DNA of 25,312 nucleotides from a virus (lineage: Duplodnaviria > Caudoviricetes), in IMG/VR virus record IMGVR_UViG_3300042360_000323, positions 1 through 25,312 of that record. One strand, written 5' to 3'. Positions within the stretch are counted from its first letter, which is position 1. Each line of letters begins with the position of its first letter. The translations under genes and the position numbers were made by a program. This document shows positions 16,841 to 25,236 of this stretch, in pieces. The notes below the pieces were generated by a model. That model saw only the letters and a program-made list of their open reading frames with translations, did not search any database and was not told the DNA's origin.

Positions 16841-17470
16841 ATGTCGTGCGGCGGAATGTCGGCCCTACCCTACGATTCCCTTCGGCGCGTCCAGGAACCC
16901 GTCTTCGAAGCGGTTTCGCTGTTCGACGCGAAAGAACACCTTCGCATTCCCCTGGACGTATCGGACGACGACGTTCAATTAATGGCATGGATTGCGGCCG
17001 CCCGGCGGATGATCGAAAGCCGGATCGGCTCCACGCTCACGCTCACGCAATGGCAGGCGCGGCTTGTGGGCGTCGGCTGCGGCTGTTCCTGCGGCGGCGT
17101 CCCGTTGCCGATGCCGCCCCTGGTAATCGACGACGCGCACCAGGTGGAAATATTCGTCCGGGACGGCGACGGCGTGAAAACCCGGGTAGCCCCCTCGGCA
17201 TACTCTGTCGATGACGACCGGTTTCCGGCGGTCCTGCGGACCCGGTCCGGCTGGCCGGGAGTGTGCTGCGAGTCGAGCGTTTACATACGGTTTTGGGCCG
17301 GGCGGAAGTGTTCGGAAGACGTTCCCGCGCAGTTGCGGGCGGCGCTAAAAATGCTGGTCGGGCATTTCTACGAAAACCGCGAAGCGGTAGCGACGGAGTC
17401 GGGGGCGATCGTTCTGCCCCTGGCGGTCGATGCGCTTTTGGCGTCGGAATCCTGGGACGGGGGCTATTGA
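16841..17470 (+). CDS. Head-tail connector (HK97 gp6 / phiE125 gp8-like)
   Basis: VSL..AKEHLRI...DD..L...I.AAR..IE and VP..LR.A..MLVGHFYENREAV motifs; GGAGG RBS. Confidence 0.9.
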   Translation: MSCGGMSALPYDSLRRVQEPVFEAVSLFDAKEHLRIPLDVSDDDVQLMAWIAAARRMIESRIGSTLTLTQWQARLVGVGCGCSCGGVPLPMPPLVIDDAHQVEIFVRDGDGVKTRVAPSAYSVDDDRFPAVLRTRSGWPGVCCESSVYIRFWAGRKCSEDVPAQLRAALKMLVGHFYENREAVATESGAIVLPLAVDALLASESWDGGY

Positions 17471-17794
17471 ATGCGAGCCGGACCCATGCGGGAAGTCGTC
17501 GTTATCGAAGCGCCGCGCGAGGAACAAAACGCGCTTGGGGAGTCGGTCCAGACCTGGCACAAGTTCACGGTGCGGCGGGCCAGCGTTGAGGCGGTTTCCT
17601 ATTCGGAAGCTACCCGCCGGCAACAGACCGGCGGCGAGTTATCCCATACGGTCCGCCTGCGGTACGTCGAGGGTATCCGCGGCTCTATGCGGCTGCGCTG
17701 GCAGTCTCGGGAAGACCGGATTCTCTATATCTCCGGAATCGTCGAACGCGGGCACCGGCAAGAGCATGAACTTCAATGCGAGGAGCGCGGGTAA
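17471..17794 (+). CDS. Head closure / head-tail adaptor (SPP1 gp16-like)
   Basis: MRAG.MR..V.I..P....N..GE....W, H.V.LRY..GI...MR, L.C.E end. Confidence 0.88.
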   Translation: MRAGPMREVVVIEAPREEQNALGESVQTWHKFTVRRASVEAVSYSEATRRQQTGGELSHTVRLRYVEGIRGSMRLRWQSREDRILYISGIVERGHRQEHELQCEERG

Positions 17795-18354
17795 TGGCGA
17801 ACCAATTCCTTATTTTTGATTCGCTGTCCTTTACGGACGATTGCCGGGCACTGGGCCGCGGGTACAGGGAACTGCCTAAGGCGCTGGCAAAAAAAACCAT
17901 CAAGGCGGCCGTCACTCGGGCGGTTAAACCGTTCGTTCCGGCGTTGCGAGCCGTCACCCCAAAGGGCAAGCTGAAACGGGCGGCAAAGGCTGCGGCGCGG
18001 GCGGCGGGGCAGAAAAACGCCGTAGACGTAAGTCGTCCAGGGCGATTGAAGCGAAGCATTATCATGAGAACGACCTTTACGAATAAGGTCGATCACGGCT
18101 CGTTCCAGGCAAAAGTTACTTTTAGCCGCGGCAAGGGCAAAGGCAATCACGCGATTCTGGTTGAAAGGGGAACGGTGGACAGGAAGAATATCGATGGCGC
18201 AAGCCGGGGCAAGGTATCGCCGCGTTTGTTCATTCAGTCGCTTTTTAATTCGATGGCCCCCGGTATTGCGGCATCCATGAACATGCAACTAGCCGCGGGC
18301 CTGGAAGCGGCCGGCCGGCAGTTGCAGAATTACATTAAAAACCGCAAGAGGTGA
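17794..18354 (+). CDS. HK97 gp10-like neck/tail completion protein
   Basis: TAATG overlap; basic protein with G.LKRSI and HA.LVE.GT motifs; synteny. Confidence 0.75.
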   Translation: MANQFLIFDSLSFTDDCRALGRGYRELPKALAKKTIKAAVTRAVKPFVPALRAVTPKGKLKRAAKAAARAAGQKNAVDVSRPGRLKRSIIMRTTFTNKVDHGSFQAKVTFSRGKGKGNHAILVERGTVDRKNIDGASRGKVSPRLFIQSLFNSMAPGIAASMNMQLAAGLEAAGRQLQNYIKNRKR

Positions 18355-18358
18355 CGCG

Positions 18359-18751
18359 ATGGGCTACCCCGAAAAATGGCTCCGCGGGGCGATTGAAGCG
18401 GCGACAAACTGCCGGACGTTCCCTATCCAGGCGCCGGAAAACGCCGTTACCCCGTATGTCGTTTACCAGCGGACGGCGACAAGCCGGGAACGGACGTTGA
18501 CGAATAACGCGGGCCTTCCCCTGGCTACGTTTTCGGTCTGGATTTACTCCGACACCTACGCGGCCGGGAAGGAACTTTCGGAGCGGGTCCGGGTCGCGGT
18601 GGACAATTTCAAGGGGGAGGCGGACGGCGTAACAATCGAACGCGTCTTCCTGGCAGATGAGGCCGACGGCGATTTGGTCGATTTCGCCGGGGAAGGCAAA
18701 CCGACGTACACCGTTGCGCTCCAGTTCGAAATCCGATACCGCGAGGAATAA
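18359..18751 (+). CDS. Tail terminator (DUF3168-like)
   Basis: P..APE....PYVVY.R, F...IY..TY....L...VR.A motifs; synteny. Confidence 0.8.
   Translation: MGYPEKWLRGAIEAATNCRTFPIQAPENAVTPYVVYQRTATSRERTLTNNAGLPLATFSVWIYSDTYAAGKELSERVRVAVDNFKGEADGVTIERVFLADEADGDLVDFAGEGKPTYTVALQFEIRYREE
18608..18636 (+). promoter_or_regulatory. Putative late promoter copy 5 (TTCAAG-N17-AACAAT) inside tail terminator gene
   Basis: First 15 nt match copy 1 at 14/15; 120 bp upstream of tail tube gene; -10 box lacks the initial T. Confidence 0.45.
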
Positions 18752-18756
18752 ACGCG

Positions 18757-19206
18757 ATGCCTTACCCATATGAAGATTCTCAAGGGATCACGTTTACCTT
18801 TGCCGGGCAGGAATTCGGCTGTACCAATATCAAGAAAAAGGTCAACGGGTCGTCGACCGATGATAAGATCGACGTATCCACAACGAGCCTTCCCAGCGGT
18901 TCCAAGCGTCTTTACCAGGATCCGCCTCTGATCGACGACCCGAATAAGGGCGTTTTGGCTATTGTGTCGATTTCGTTCCTGGGCCTGGAGGAACCGCCAA
19001 CCGATAAGGCATACCCCATCGAATGCGCCGCGCTCGGAATCAGCGGTACGGCTCGCTGTACGTCCTACGAAGTCGAGGCGGCGGTCGGGGAAGTTCTCAA
19101 GGGGACGGCGGAGTTCGCTATCGACGATCCGGAGCTATTGGCGGCGCTTTTCGCCCCGGCCCCGGCCCCTTCGACTGATCCGGCCCCCGCGGGCAAGGCG
19201 GCCTAG
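18757..19206 (+). CDS. Tail tube protein-like (copy A)
   Basis: Position between terminator and chaperone; QG.TFTF.G, IDVST, GEV.KGTAEF beta-rich pattern. Confidence 0.65.
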   Translation: MPYPYEDSQGITFTFAGQEFGCTNIKKKVNGSSTDDKIDVSTTSLPSGSKRLYQDPPLIDDPNKGVLAIVSISFLGLEEPPTDKAYPIECAALGISGTARCTSYEVEAAVGEVLKGTAEFAIDDPELLAALFAPAPAPSTDPAPAGKAA

Positions 19207-19220
19207 TTGGAGGCCGGCCG

Positions 19221-19601
19221 ATGCAGAAATATTTCCCAGACGCGCAAGGCACCTTCGCACGGTTCGCGGGGTTCGCGCTGAACGGTCTAGTCCGGTTCGA
19301 CACGACGCCGGCGACCTGTTCTCCGTCGGACGTAACCGGCATTGAGTCCAACACGGTCGGCACGGGTTACGCGTCGCGCGTCGTCCGGCAGTATCACCCC
19401 GGCACGATCGACCCCGGCACGGCGACCGTCGAACTATTGGGGACGCCCGTCTATAGCGCCCTGGATACCGGCATGGTCGGGAATCTGACGATCTCCGGCG
19501 ATTGGGGAACCGTTTCGTATGCGGCGATGCTGTCGAAACTGACGGTAAGCGGTTCGGCTGGCGAAGTTGTTCGGTCCACGATGGAATTTCAGTTCATTTA
19601 A
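19221..19601 (+). CDS. Tail tube protein-like (copy B)
   Basis: GGAGG RBS; DAQG...FAG, DVT, IDPG..TV, GEVV..T.EF; resembles copy A. Confidence 0.6.
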   Translation: MQKYFPDAQGTFARFAGFALNGLVRFDTTPATCSPSDVTGIESNTVGTGYASRVVRQYHPGTIDPGTATVELLGTPVYSALDTGMVGNLTISGDWGTVSYAAMLSKLTVSGSAGEVVRSTMEFQFI

Positions 19602-19614
19602 AGGGGGCAGAGTG

Positions 19615-19968
19615 ATGGCTGTTTCGCGCGATTCTCTTTTAGATTCTTGCCGGGCGGTGAACCGCCTGGAGCCGGTGGCGGTTCCGGCGCTTGGCGTCGA
19701 GGTCGATCTACGCTACCCGACGTTTTCGGAGTGGCATTCGATCGCGCTGGAGCATCGGCGGCTAAACGGCGCGGAGCCGTCGGCGGAGTTGATTGCCCGG
19801 ACGGTGGCGGTCGTTCTGGCGAATCCGGACGGGTCGCGAATGTTCACGCCGGAGGAAACCGGGCAGGTTGAGGCGATGCCCCCGGCCGCCGTTATGGAAT
19901 TGTATGTCTCCGCCTGGGGCGGCGTCCTACGCGGGCCGGAGGCAGCGGACGACGCAAAAAAAGACTAG
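19615..19968 (+). CDS. Tail assembly chaperone (lambda gpG-like)
   Basis: V.VP.LG..V.LR, L.NPDG.RMFT..E motif; ends AKKD at slippery site; upstream of TMP. Confidence 0.85.
   Translation: MAVSRDSLLDSCRAVNRLEPVAVPALGVEVDLRYPTFSEWHSIALEHRRLNGAEPSAELIARTVAVVLANPDGSRMFTPEETGQVEAMPPAAVMELYVSAWGGVLRGPEAADDAKKD
19956..19962 (+). other. Programmed -1 frameshift site A AAA AAA
   Basis: GCA AAA AAA GAC TAG at chaperone end; the -1 frame is open to 20306. Confidence 0.85.
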
Positions 19969-20306
19969 AGCGAGAGCCGGAGCGGCTTTTCCTATTCCGG
20001 CTGGCGCTGGCAATGGGAACGGTCGACGTTGACGGCCTCGCGGAGCGGATGCCTATGGATCTGGTTCGGGAGTGGCGGCATTTTTACGACCTGGAGCCGT
20101 GGGGCGACGATTGGCGGAGAACCGGGCGAATGGTCGCGCTGTTGGGCGCGGCGCTTGGCGGTAAGACGGGAGTCGATTTCGAGCGGAAGTTTTCCCCGAC
20201 GTATCGGGAGGCGGAACCGGAACCGATCCGGCCCCAAACCCAGGCGGAGATGATCGCGGAACTACGGAAGATTCCCGCGTTCGCGAAACAGTTGGAAGGC
20301 CGATAA
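19962..20306 (+). CDS. Frameshift extension of tail chaperone (gpT part of gpGT)
   Basis: -1 frame reads RLEREPERLFLFRLALAMGTVDV...EW..FY.LEPWG; stop abuts TMP ATG. Confidence 0.8.
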   Translation, partial: RLEREPERLFLFRLALAMGTVDVDGLAERMPMDLVREWRHFYDLEPWGDDWRRTGRMVALLGAALGGKTGVDFERKFSPTYREAEPEPIRPQTQAEMIAELRKIPAFAKQLEGR

Positions 20307-21848
20307 ATGGCAACGTCGAAAATCGCCGCAGTTTTTACCGCGAATACGGCGGGCCTGGTCGCGGGCACGAAGACGGCGTCGGCGGCTTTCGACTCGCTGG
20401 CGAAAGACGTTAAGGGTCTGCGGTCCGGTCTGGGTGCGTTGACGGCCATTTCCGGGGCGCAGCTATTCGGGCAGATTGCGGCGGGCATTTCGTCGGCTAC
20501 GAAATCGCTCTACGGAATGTCTTCGGCAGCGTCGGAGACGATCGACACGCTATCGAAACTGGGGGCGCGGACCGGGCAGACATATAGCGAAATCGCCGGT
20601 TTGGCGCTGGCGGGCGACCTGGCCGGCGTCGGCGTCGACAAGATAGGCAACGCGCTGACGAAGGCGGATCGGGCGTTTGTCCAGGCGTCGCAGGGGTCGA
20701 AGACGGCTACGAAGGCTTTCGCCGCGATCGGTCTTTCTCTGGAGGATCTCCAGGGCAAGAGCGGTTCGGAGCGGTTCGCGTTGATTGCGGACGGTATCGC
20801 CGCGCTACCGTCGGAAGCGGAGCGGGCCGCGGCATCTATCGCGCTCTTTGGGAAGGCTGGCGCGGAGTTGCTCCCGTTGTTTGCGGGCGGCGGCGAAGGC
20901 ATCCGGCAGGCGACCGAACAGGCGGAGCGGTTCGGCCTGGCCGTAACCAATGTTCAAGGAACGAACGTTGAGGCGATGAACGACTCTTGGACGCTGGTCC
21001 AAAAGGCGATCGAGGGCGTTGTAACCCAGATTACGGCGAACCTGGCCCCGGCCGTTACGGCTATCAATCAAGCGTTTACGAATTTCGTCTCGGGGTTCGG
21101 CGGCAAAAGCATAGGTGAGGCGATCGCGGACGCGATCCTGGACGCGGCGGACTATCTGGTTCAAGCTGCGGATTTCGTCGTCGACAGTATCCCGGCGGTA
21201 TTCCGGTTCGCGGAGGGCGTCGGGCAGTATTGGGCCACGATTGTCGACCTGTTCGGCCGGGCCATGACGTTCGCGCAGGCGGTTTTCAAGTCGTTCGAAG
21301 TCGCCGGTAATGCAATTGGTGCCGTTCTCCTGAGTGTTGCGGGGAAGTTTTTCGAATTGATTGCCGGCGCTTCAAGCTACATACCTGGAGCCGGGGGCTA
21401 TTCGGAGGAGGCCGCGAAACTGGCGGCCGCCTCTAACGAAATGGCGGGCGTGTACGGGCAGGCGATGCTTGATAACGCGTCGGAAGCCGGCCGGCTGTTC
21501 GGGGAGACATTCGGGGAGCGGGCGAAGGACGGGACGGAGGGCGTTGCCGGCCCCATCACGACGGCATTCCGCGGCATCCGCGCCGACATTGATAGAGCGC
21601 GGACGGCGACGGATGAAGCGGCGAAAACGACACTGGAACCGAAACCGCCGCCGGAGGTGGTCATCGACGAAACGAAGCTAGCGAAAGGGCTCGACGTTCG
21701 TTCGACGGCCGGCGTAAATGAAATGCTCCGCCTTATGACCCCGGACAGTGGGAAGCGGACGTTCGAAAAAGAGAATGCCGACAATCTCGCGAGGATCGCG
21801 GACAATACGGAAGACATGGGCCTGGAACTGGTCGAACAGGATTTCTAA
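20307..21848 (+). CDS. Tape measure protein (513 aa)
   Basis: Ala-rich helical protein after G/GT; A....LFGKAG.ELLP motif; periodic aromatic residues. Confidence 0.88.
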   Translation: MATSKIAAVFTANTAGLVAGTKTASAAFDSLAKDVKGLRSGLGALTAISGAQLFGQIAAGISSATKSLYGMSSAASETIDTLSKLGARTGQTYSEIAGLALAGDLAGVGVDKIGNALTKADRAFVQASQGSKTATKAFAAIGLSLEDLQGKSGSERFALIADGIAALPSEAERAAASIALFGKAGAELLPLFAGGGEGIRQATEQAERFGLAVTNVQGTNVEAMNDSWTLVQKAIEGVVTQITANLAPAVTAINQAFTNFVSGFGGKSIGEAIADAILDAADYLVQAADFVVDSIPAVFRFAEGVGQYWATIVDLFGRAMTFAQAVFKSFEVAGNAIGAVLLSVAGKFFELIAGASSYIPGAGGYSEEAAKLAAASNEMAGVYGQAMLDNASEAGRLFGETFGERAKDGTEGVAGPITTAFRGIRADIDRARTATDEAAKTTLEPKPPPEVVIDETKLAKGLDVRSTAGVNEMLRLMTPDSGKRTFEKENADNLARIADNTEDMGLELVEQDF

Positions 21849-21857
21849 GGGGCAGAC

Positions 21858-22742
21858 ATGGCGATCGTAGCCGTATCGGAATCAATCGACGATCGCAGCG
21901 TTTCCGGTAAATACCGGGACACGATGAACTATTCCCGGTCGTTCCTGGTCCGCGTGGATTCTCCGTCTACGTCTATTCGCGATATATCGCAAGCGCCGGG
22001 GATTTCGTTTGGCGCGGCGCATCCGGACGACGGTTCCGTCTACGCGATGGAGTTTGACTGCAAGCCGCGCGGCGACACGTTACTTTTGTATGTCGTGACG
22101 GTGAAATATTCGACGCCTGCGCGCGAGGACAAGCCGGAACCGTTCCAGTTGCCGGCGGACGTTTGGAGCGGCGGTAGTGCGGTTGCGTCGGCGCCGTGCT
22201 GGCAAGACAAACAGGGGAAGCCAATAACGAATTCCGCGGGTATTTCGCTACCGGATCTTACGATGGATACGGCGGAATTTTCTGTTTCGCTAACGCGATG
22301 TTACGGGAATCTGTCTTTTCTCGGGATCCTACAATCGGCAACGAATAAACTTAATTCCGACACGTTTCTTGGTTGTCCGAAACATACCTGGAAATGCCAG
22401 GGTGGCCGGTTTTCCAAGAAAACCGAAAACGCCGATGGGCAGATGTTTGTCTATTGGGAAGTTACGTTCGAATTTAACTACCGGGAAGATACCTGGTTCC
22501 TTAAACCGCTGGATATTGGGTACTCTCAGTTAGTCGACGAAGAGGGCAACCCCACCGGGTCCGGGCAATACACCGCGGCGATTTTGGGTAAAGACAAGAA
22601 ACCAATTAAGGAACCCGCGAGCCTGTCGGGCGGCGTTGCCGTGGATGCCGGGACGCCTAGTTTCCCCAAGGTCATTAACGACGGCGACGGCGTGAACCCT
22701 TACGGTACCTATCCGTTCTCCGGGTTCGGGAGCATTGGCTAA
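21858..22742 (+). CDS. Putative distal tail / tail-tip protein
   Basis: Directly after TMP; beta-rich, G..HP, NSAG, N.DTFLG, YWEVTFEF; assignment by synteny. Confidence 0.6.
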   Translation: MAIVAVSESIDDRSVSGKYRDTMNYSRSFLVRVDSPSTSIRDISQAPGISFGAAHPDDGSVYAMEFDCKPRGDTLLLYVVTVKYSTPAREDKPEPFQLPADVWSGGSAVASAPCWQDKQGKPITNSAGISLPDLTMDTAEFSVSLTRCYGNLSFLGILQSATNKLNSDTFLGCPKHTWKCQGGRFSKKTENADGQMFVYWEVTFEFNYREDTWFLKPLDIGYSQLVDEEGNPTGSGQYTAAILGKDKKPIKEPASLSGGVAVDAGTPSFPKVINDGDGVNPYGTYPFSGFGSIG

Positions 22743-24475
22743 TGTCCACGCGCCGCCCGTCGTCTCGAAAGCCTGGCGTTGTTTTCACGCCAGCGGCCGC
22801 CGATCGTATAGCCAGCGCCGTGCGTTCGGTCGAGCGCGGCCCCGGCCAGGATGGCGCGGGTCACTGGAAGTATCGGCCGGAGGAACCGCCGCAGGAATTG
22901 TTCTTCCGGCTGTTGGCGGATCTGGATTCGTGCGGGGAAGTTGAGGCGGAGGAGGTTTTCCTTTCCTCGGCCGAATCGGCGGAGGGCTGCGGCGTTGGGT
23001 TCACGCCGGCCGGCGGCGACAACGAACCGCAAACGCTGCGCGACGTTTCCACGGTCGTTCGGCTCTGGAATTTGGCCCGCGAGGAAGACATATCGGAACC
23101 GCTGCCGGCGGAATCGGTGGTGGAGGCGCGGTACGAATTTCCGCGGGATGACGGCGAAAAACCGTTTTGGCGAATCCTGCGCGTTATGGAATGCGGCTGC
23201 GGTTCATCGTCTTCCAGTTCATCGTCTTCCAGTTCGTCTTCTTCCAGTTCGTCTTCTGAATCGTCGGATTCCTCCAGCGAACCTAGTTCGTCTTCTTCCA
23301 GTTCGTCTTCTGAATCGTCGGATTCCTCCAGCGAACCTAGTTCGTCTTCTAGTTCATCGGGGGGCGGTTGGTATTGTTATTGGCCGAACGGCGAGGAAAC
23401 CAAGGCATATTGCGCGGAGCCGAACGAATCCGGAAACTGCCATGACGGGAATACTCCCGTAAGCGGGCCATACGATACAGAGGAAGAATGCTGCAAGGTT
23501 TGCGGCTGCGCAAGTTCATCGTCTTCTGGTTCATCCGGTTCGGGTTCGTCCGATTCATCCGGCGGCGGCCCCTGGTATTGTTACGTTGTCGATACGGCAT
23601 CCGATGGAACCCCAATCCGCGAATGCCATACCCCAGACGATCCGGAAGACCCGGCCGCGCTTTGGACCCCACCCGGCCCCGGCGACGGGTCGAGCGATGA
23701 CGGGGAACCGCTTTCCCCGGAATCGGGGCCATACGAAACCGCTGCCGAATGCGCGGCGGCCTGCGGCGGTGATTCGTCTAGTTCAACGTCTAGCGACGGT
23801 TCCAGCTATTGGGGCCGCTGGTACTGTTATGAGGTCGGCACGGCGGAAGACGGGAGCCCGATAAAGGAATGCCATGTATCAGACTCGAAAGATGACGAAC
23901 TAGGCTTGTGGACCCCTGGCGAGGGCCAGGAACCGCTATTCCCTAGTTCGGGGCCGCACGATACCCGCGAGGAATGCGAGGCGGAATGTAATCCGCCGCC
24001 GCCCTGGTACTGTTATTGGCCGGACGGGGACCAGACAAAGGCGATATGCCGGCAATCGTCTGCCCCTGGCGGAGTCTGGGAAGGTCTGGACCCGCAAAGC
24101 GGCCCGTATGGTACGGAATCCGAATGTTGTGAGGCTTGCGGCTGTGTTCCCCCTTCTAGCGGGAGCGGTGGCGCGTGGTACTGTTATTGGCCGAACGGCG
24201 AGGAAACAAAGGCGGTTTGCCGGCAACCGAACGAATCGGGGGATCGTTGGGACGGTAACACGCCCGTGAGCGGCCCGTACGATACGGCGGCCGAATGCTG
24301 CGAGGTTTGCGGGTGCGCTCCCCCTAGTAGCGACGGCTCATCCTCCGGGCCGCCGGGCTCGGGTTCGTTCGGCCCCGGCGAATGGCTGGAAGTCGTTACG
24401 GATGTAAGCTGTGAAGACGGCCAGCTTGTTGTGACAAAGACGAAAATATGGGCGCGGGTATGGCAGGGAACATGA
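22742..24475 (+). CDS. Ser-rich, Cys-repeat putative tail-tip/adhesin protein (577 aa)
   Basis: TAATG overlap; N-terminal FT..AA.RIA.AVR.VE; poly-Ser linkers; five WYCY...C...SGP[YH]xT..EC...C repeats. Confidence 0.75.
   Translation: MSTRRPSSRKPGVVFTPAAADRIASAVRSVERGPGQDGAGHWKYRPEEPPQELFFRLLADLDSCGEVEAEEVFLSSAESAEGCGVGFTPAGGDNEPQTLRDVSTVVRLWNLAREEDISEPLPAESVVEARYEFPRDDGEKPFWRILRVMECGCGSSSSSSSSSSSSSSSSSSESSDSSSEPSSSSSSSSSESSDSSSEPSSSSSSSGGGWYCYWPNGEETKAYCAEPNESGNCHDGNTPVSGPYDTEEECCKVCGCASSSSSGSSGSGSSDSSGGGPWYCYVVDTASDGTPIRECHTPDDPEDPAALWTPPGPGDGSSDDGEPLSPESGPYETAAECAAACGGDSSSSTSSDGSSYWGRWYCYEVGTAEDGSPIKECHVSDSKDDELGLWTPGEGQEPLFPSSGPHDTREECEAECNPPPPWYCYWPDGDQTKAICRQSSAPGGVWEGLDPQSGPYGTESECCEACGCVPPSSGSGGAWYCYWPNGEETKAVCRQPNESGDRWDGNTPVSGPYDTAAECCEVCGCAPPSSDGSSSGPPGSGSFGPGEWLEVVTDVSCEDGQLVVTKTKIWARVWQGT
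23231..23350 (+). repeat. Perfect 54-bp tandem duplication (about 2.2 copies) in poly-Ser linker
   Basis: 23231-23284 identical to 23285-23338, plus 12 bp of a third copy. Confidence 0.9.
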
Positions 24476-25236
24476 ACAGCGCTACCCGGACGGTTCGCAG
24501 CGACTGCGAATGCTGCGGTTCATCGTCTTCTAGTTCATCGTCTTCCAGTTCGTCTTCGTCTAGTTCGTCGTCGCCGCCCGATCCGCCTTGCTACTTCTGT
24601 AACTCCAGCTTCCCAAACAACATCCAGACAGTCTTTCTCCCCAATGATGTCTGCCTAGATCAGGGCGGGTTCATAGACCTTGACCTAGCCCACGAGGCTT
24701 GCAACCCGCAGCCGCCTCCTTGGGTTTGCGGCGAGAATGTTCCCAGAACGGCCACGGTTAAGCTATGCGGGTTTGTCGATTCAGACCCGTTGCCGTGGTG
24801 TATTCCCGGCGTTTCGGCCGGATACGCGGAGGCGTTAAATCAAGAGGTCGAACTAGAATATATCCCAAGACCTGAATTGTATGATGAGCTTTTGGTATGG
24901 AAAGGCACGCTAAAACTCCCGCCGGATTGGCCTGTGTTAGGCATTAGGCTAGATCGCGGAACTGAGATTTTTGGGAATTGCGACGGTGCCCGCTTAAGCA
25001 TCGAAACAATCGAAGGCGGGCCGCAGTGTATAGAAGGATTCTGGAGCAGTTATGTCGACGGAGTGTTGTTGCCTTTGCCTAAGTACCCCGATGGCTGGAA
25101 GTTTGGCACGGTTGCGGCCCCCGGCCCCAAAGCGCTCGTGACGCGGCCGGAGGTCTGGAAGGGTGCAGGCGTAAGCGACGGCGTTACCTGTAGCATTTCG
25201 TTCGGCGCAACCCGTGACGTTAACCCACTCCCATGA
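24472..25236 (+). CDS. Cys-rich protein with CECC and poly-Ser linker (254 aa)
   Basis: ATGA overlap with upstream stop favours 24472 over 24448; DCECCGSSS... start. Confidence 0.72.
   Translation: MNSATRTVRSDCECCGSSSSSSSSSSSSSSSSSSPPDPPCYFCNSSFPNNIQTVFLPNDVCLDQGGFIDLDLAHEACNPQPPPWVCGENVPRTATVKLCGFVDSDPLPWCIPGVSAGYAEALNQEVELEYIPRPELYDELLVWKGTLKLPPDWPVLGIRLDRGTEIFGNCDGARLSIETIEGGPQCIEGFWSSYVDGVLLPLPKYPDGWKFGTVAAPGPKALVTRPEVWKGAGVSDGVTCSISFGATRDVNPLP

Noticed and set aside
21285-21313. TTCAAG-N17-TAATGC inside TMP as another promoter copy
   Set aside because: Lacks the GG extension and the final T, and is far from any gene start
15422-21848. Gene transfer agent or contractile injection system
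   Set aside because: Replication initiator, origin, rusA and HNH/cos-type packaging indicate a true phage; no sheath or baseplate wedge genes
23369-24316. Repeats 1 and 5 of the Cys module as a DGR template/variable pair
   Set aside because: Differences involve all four bases and are not adenine-specific, both copies are in one ORF, and no reverse transcriptase is in the window
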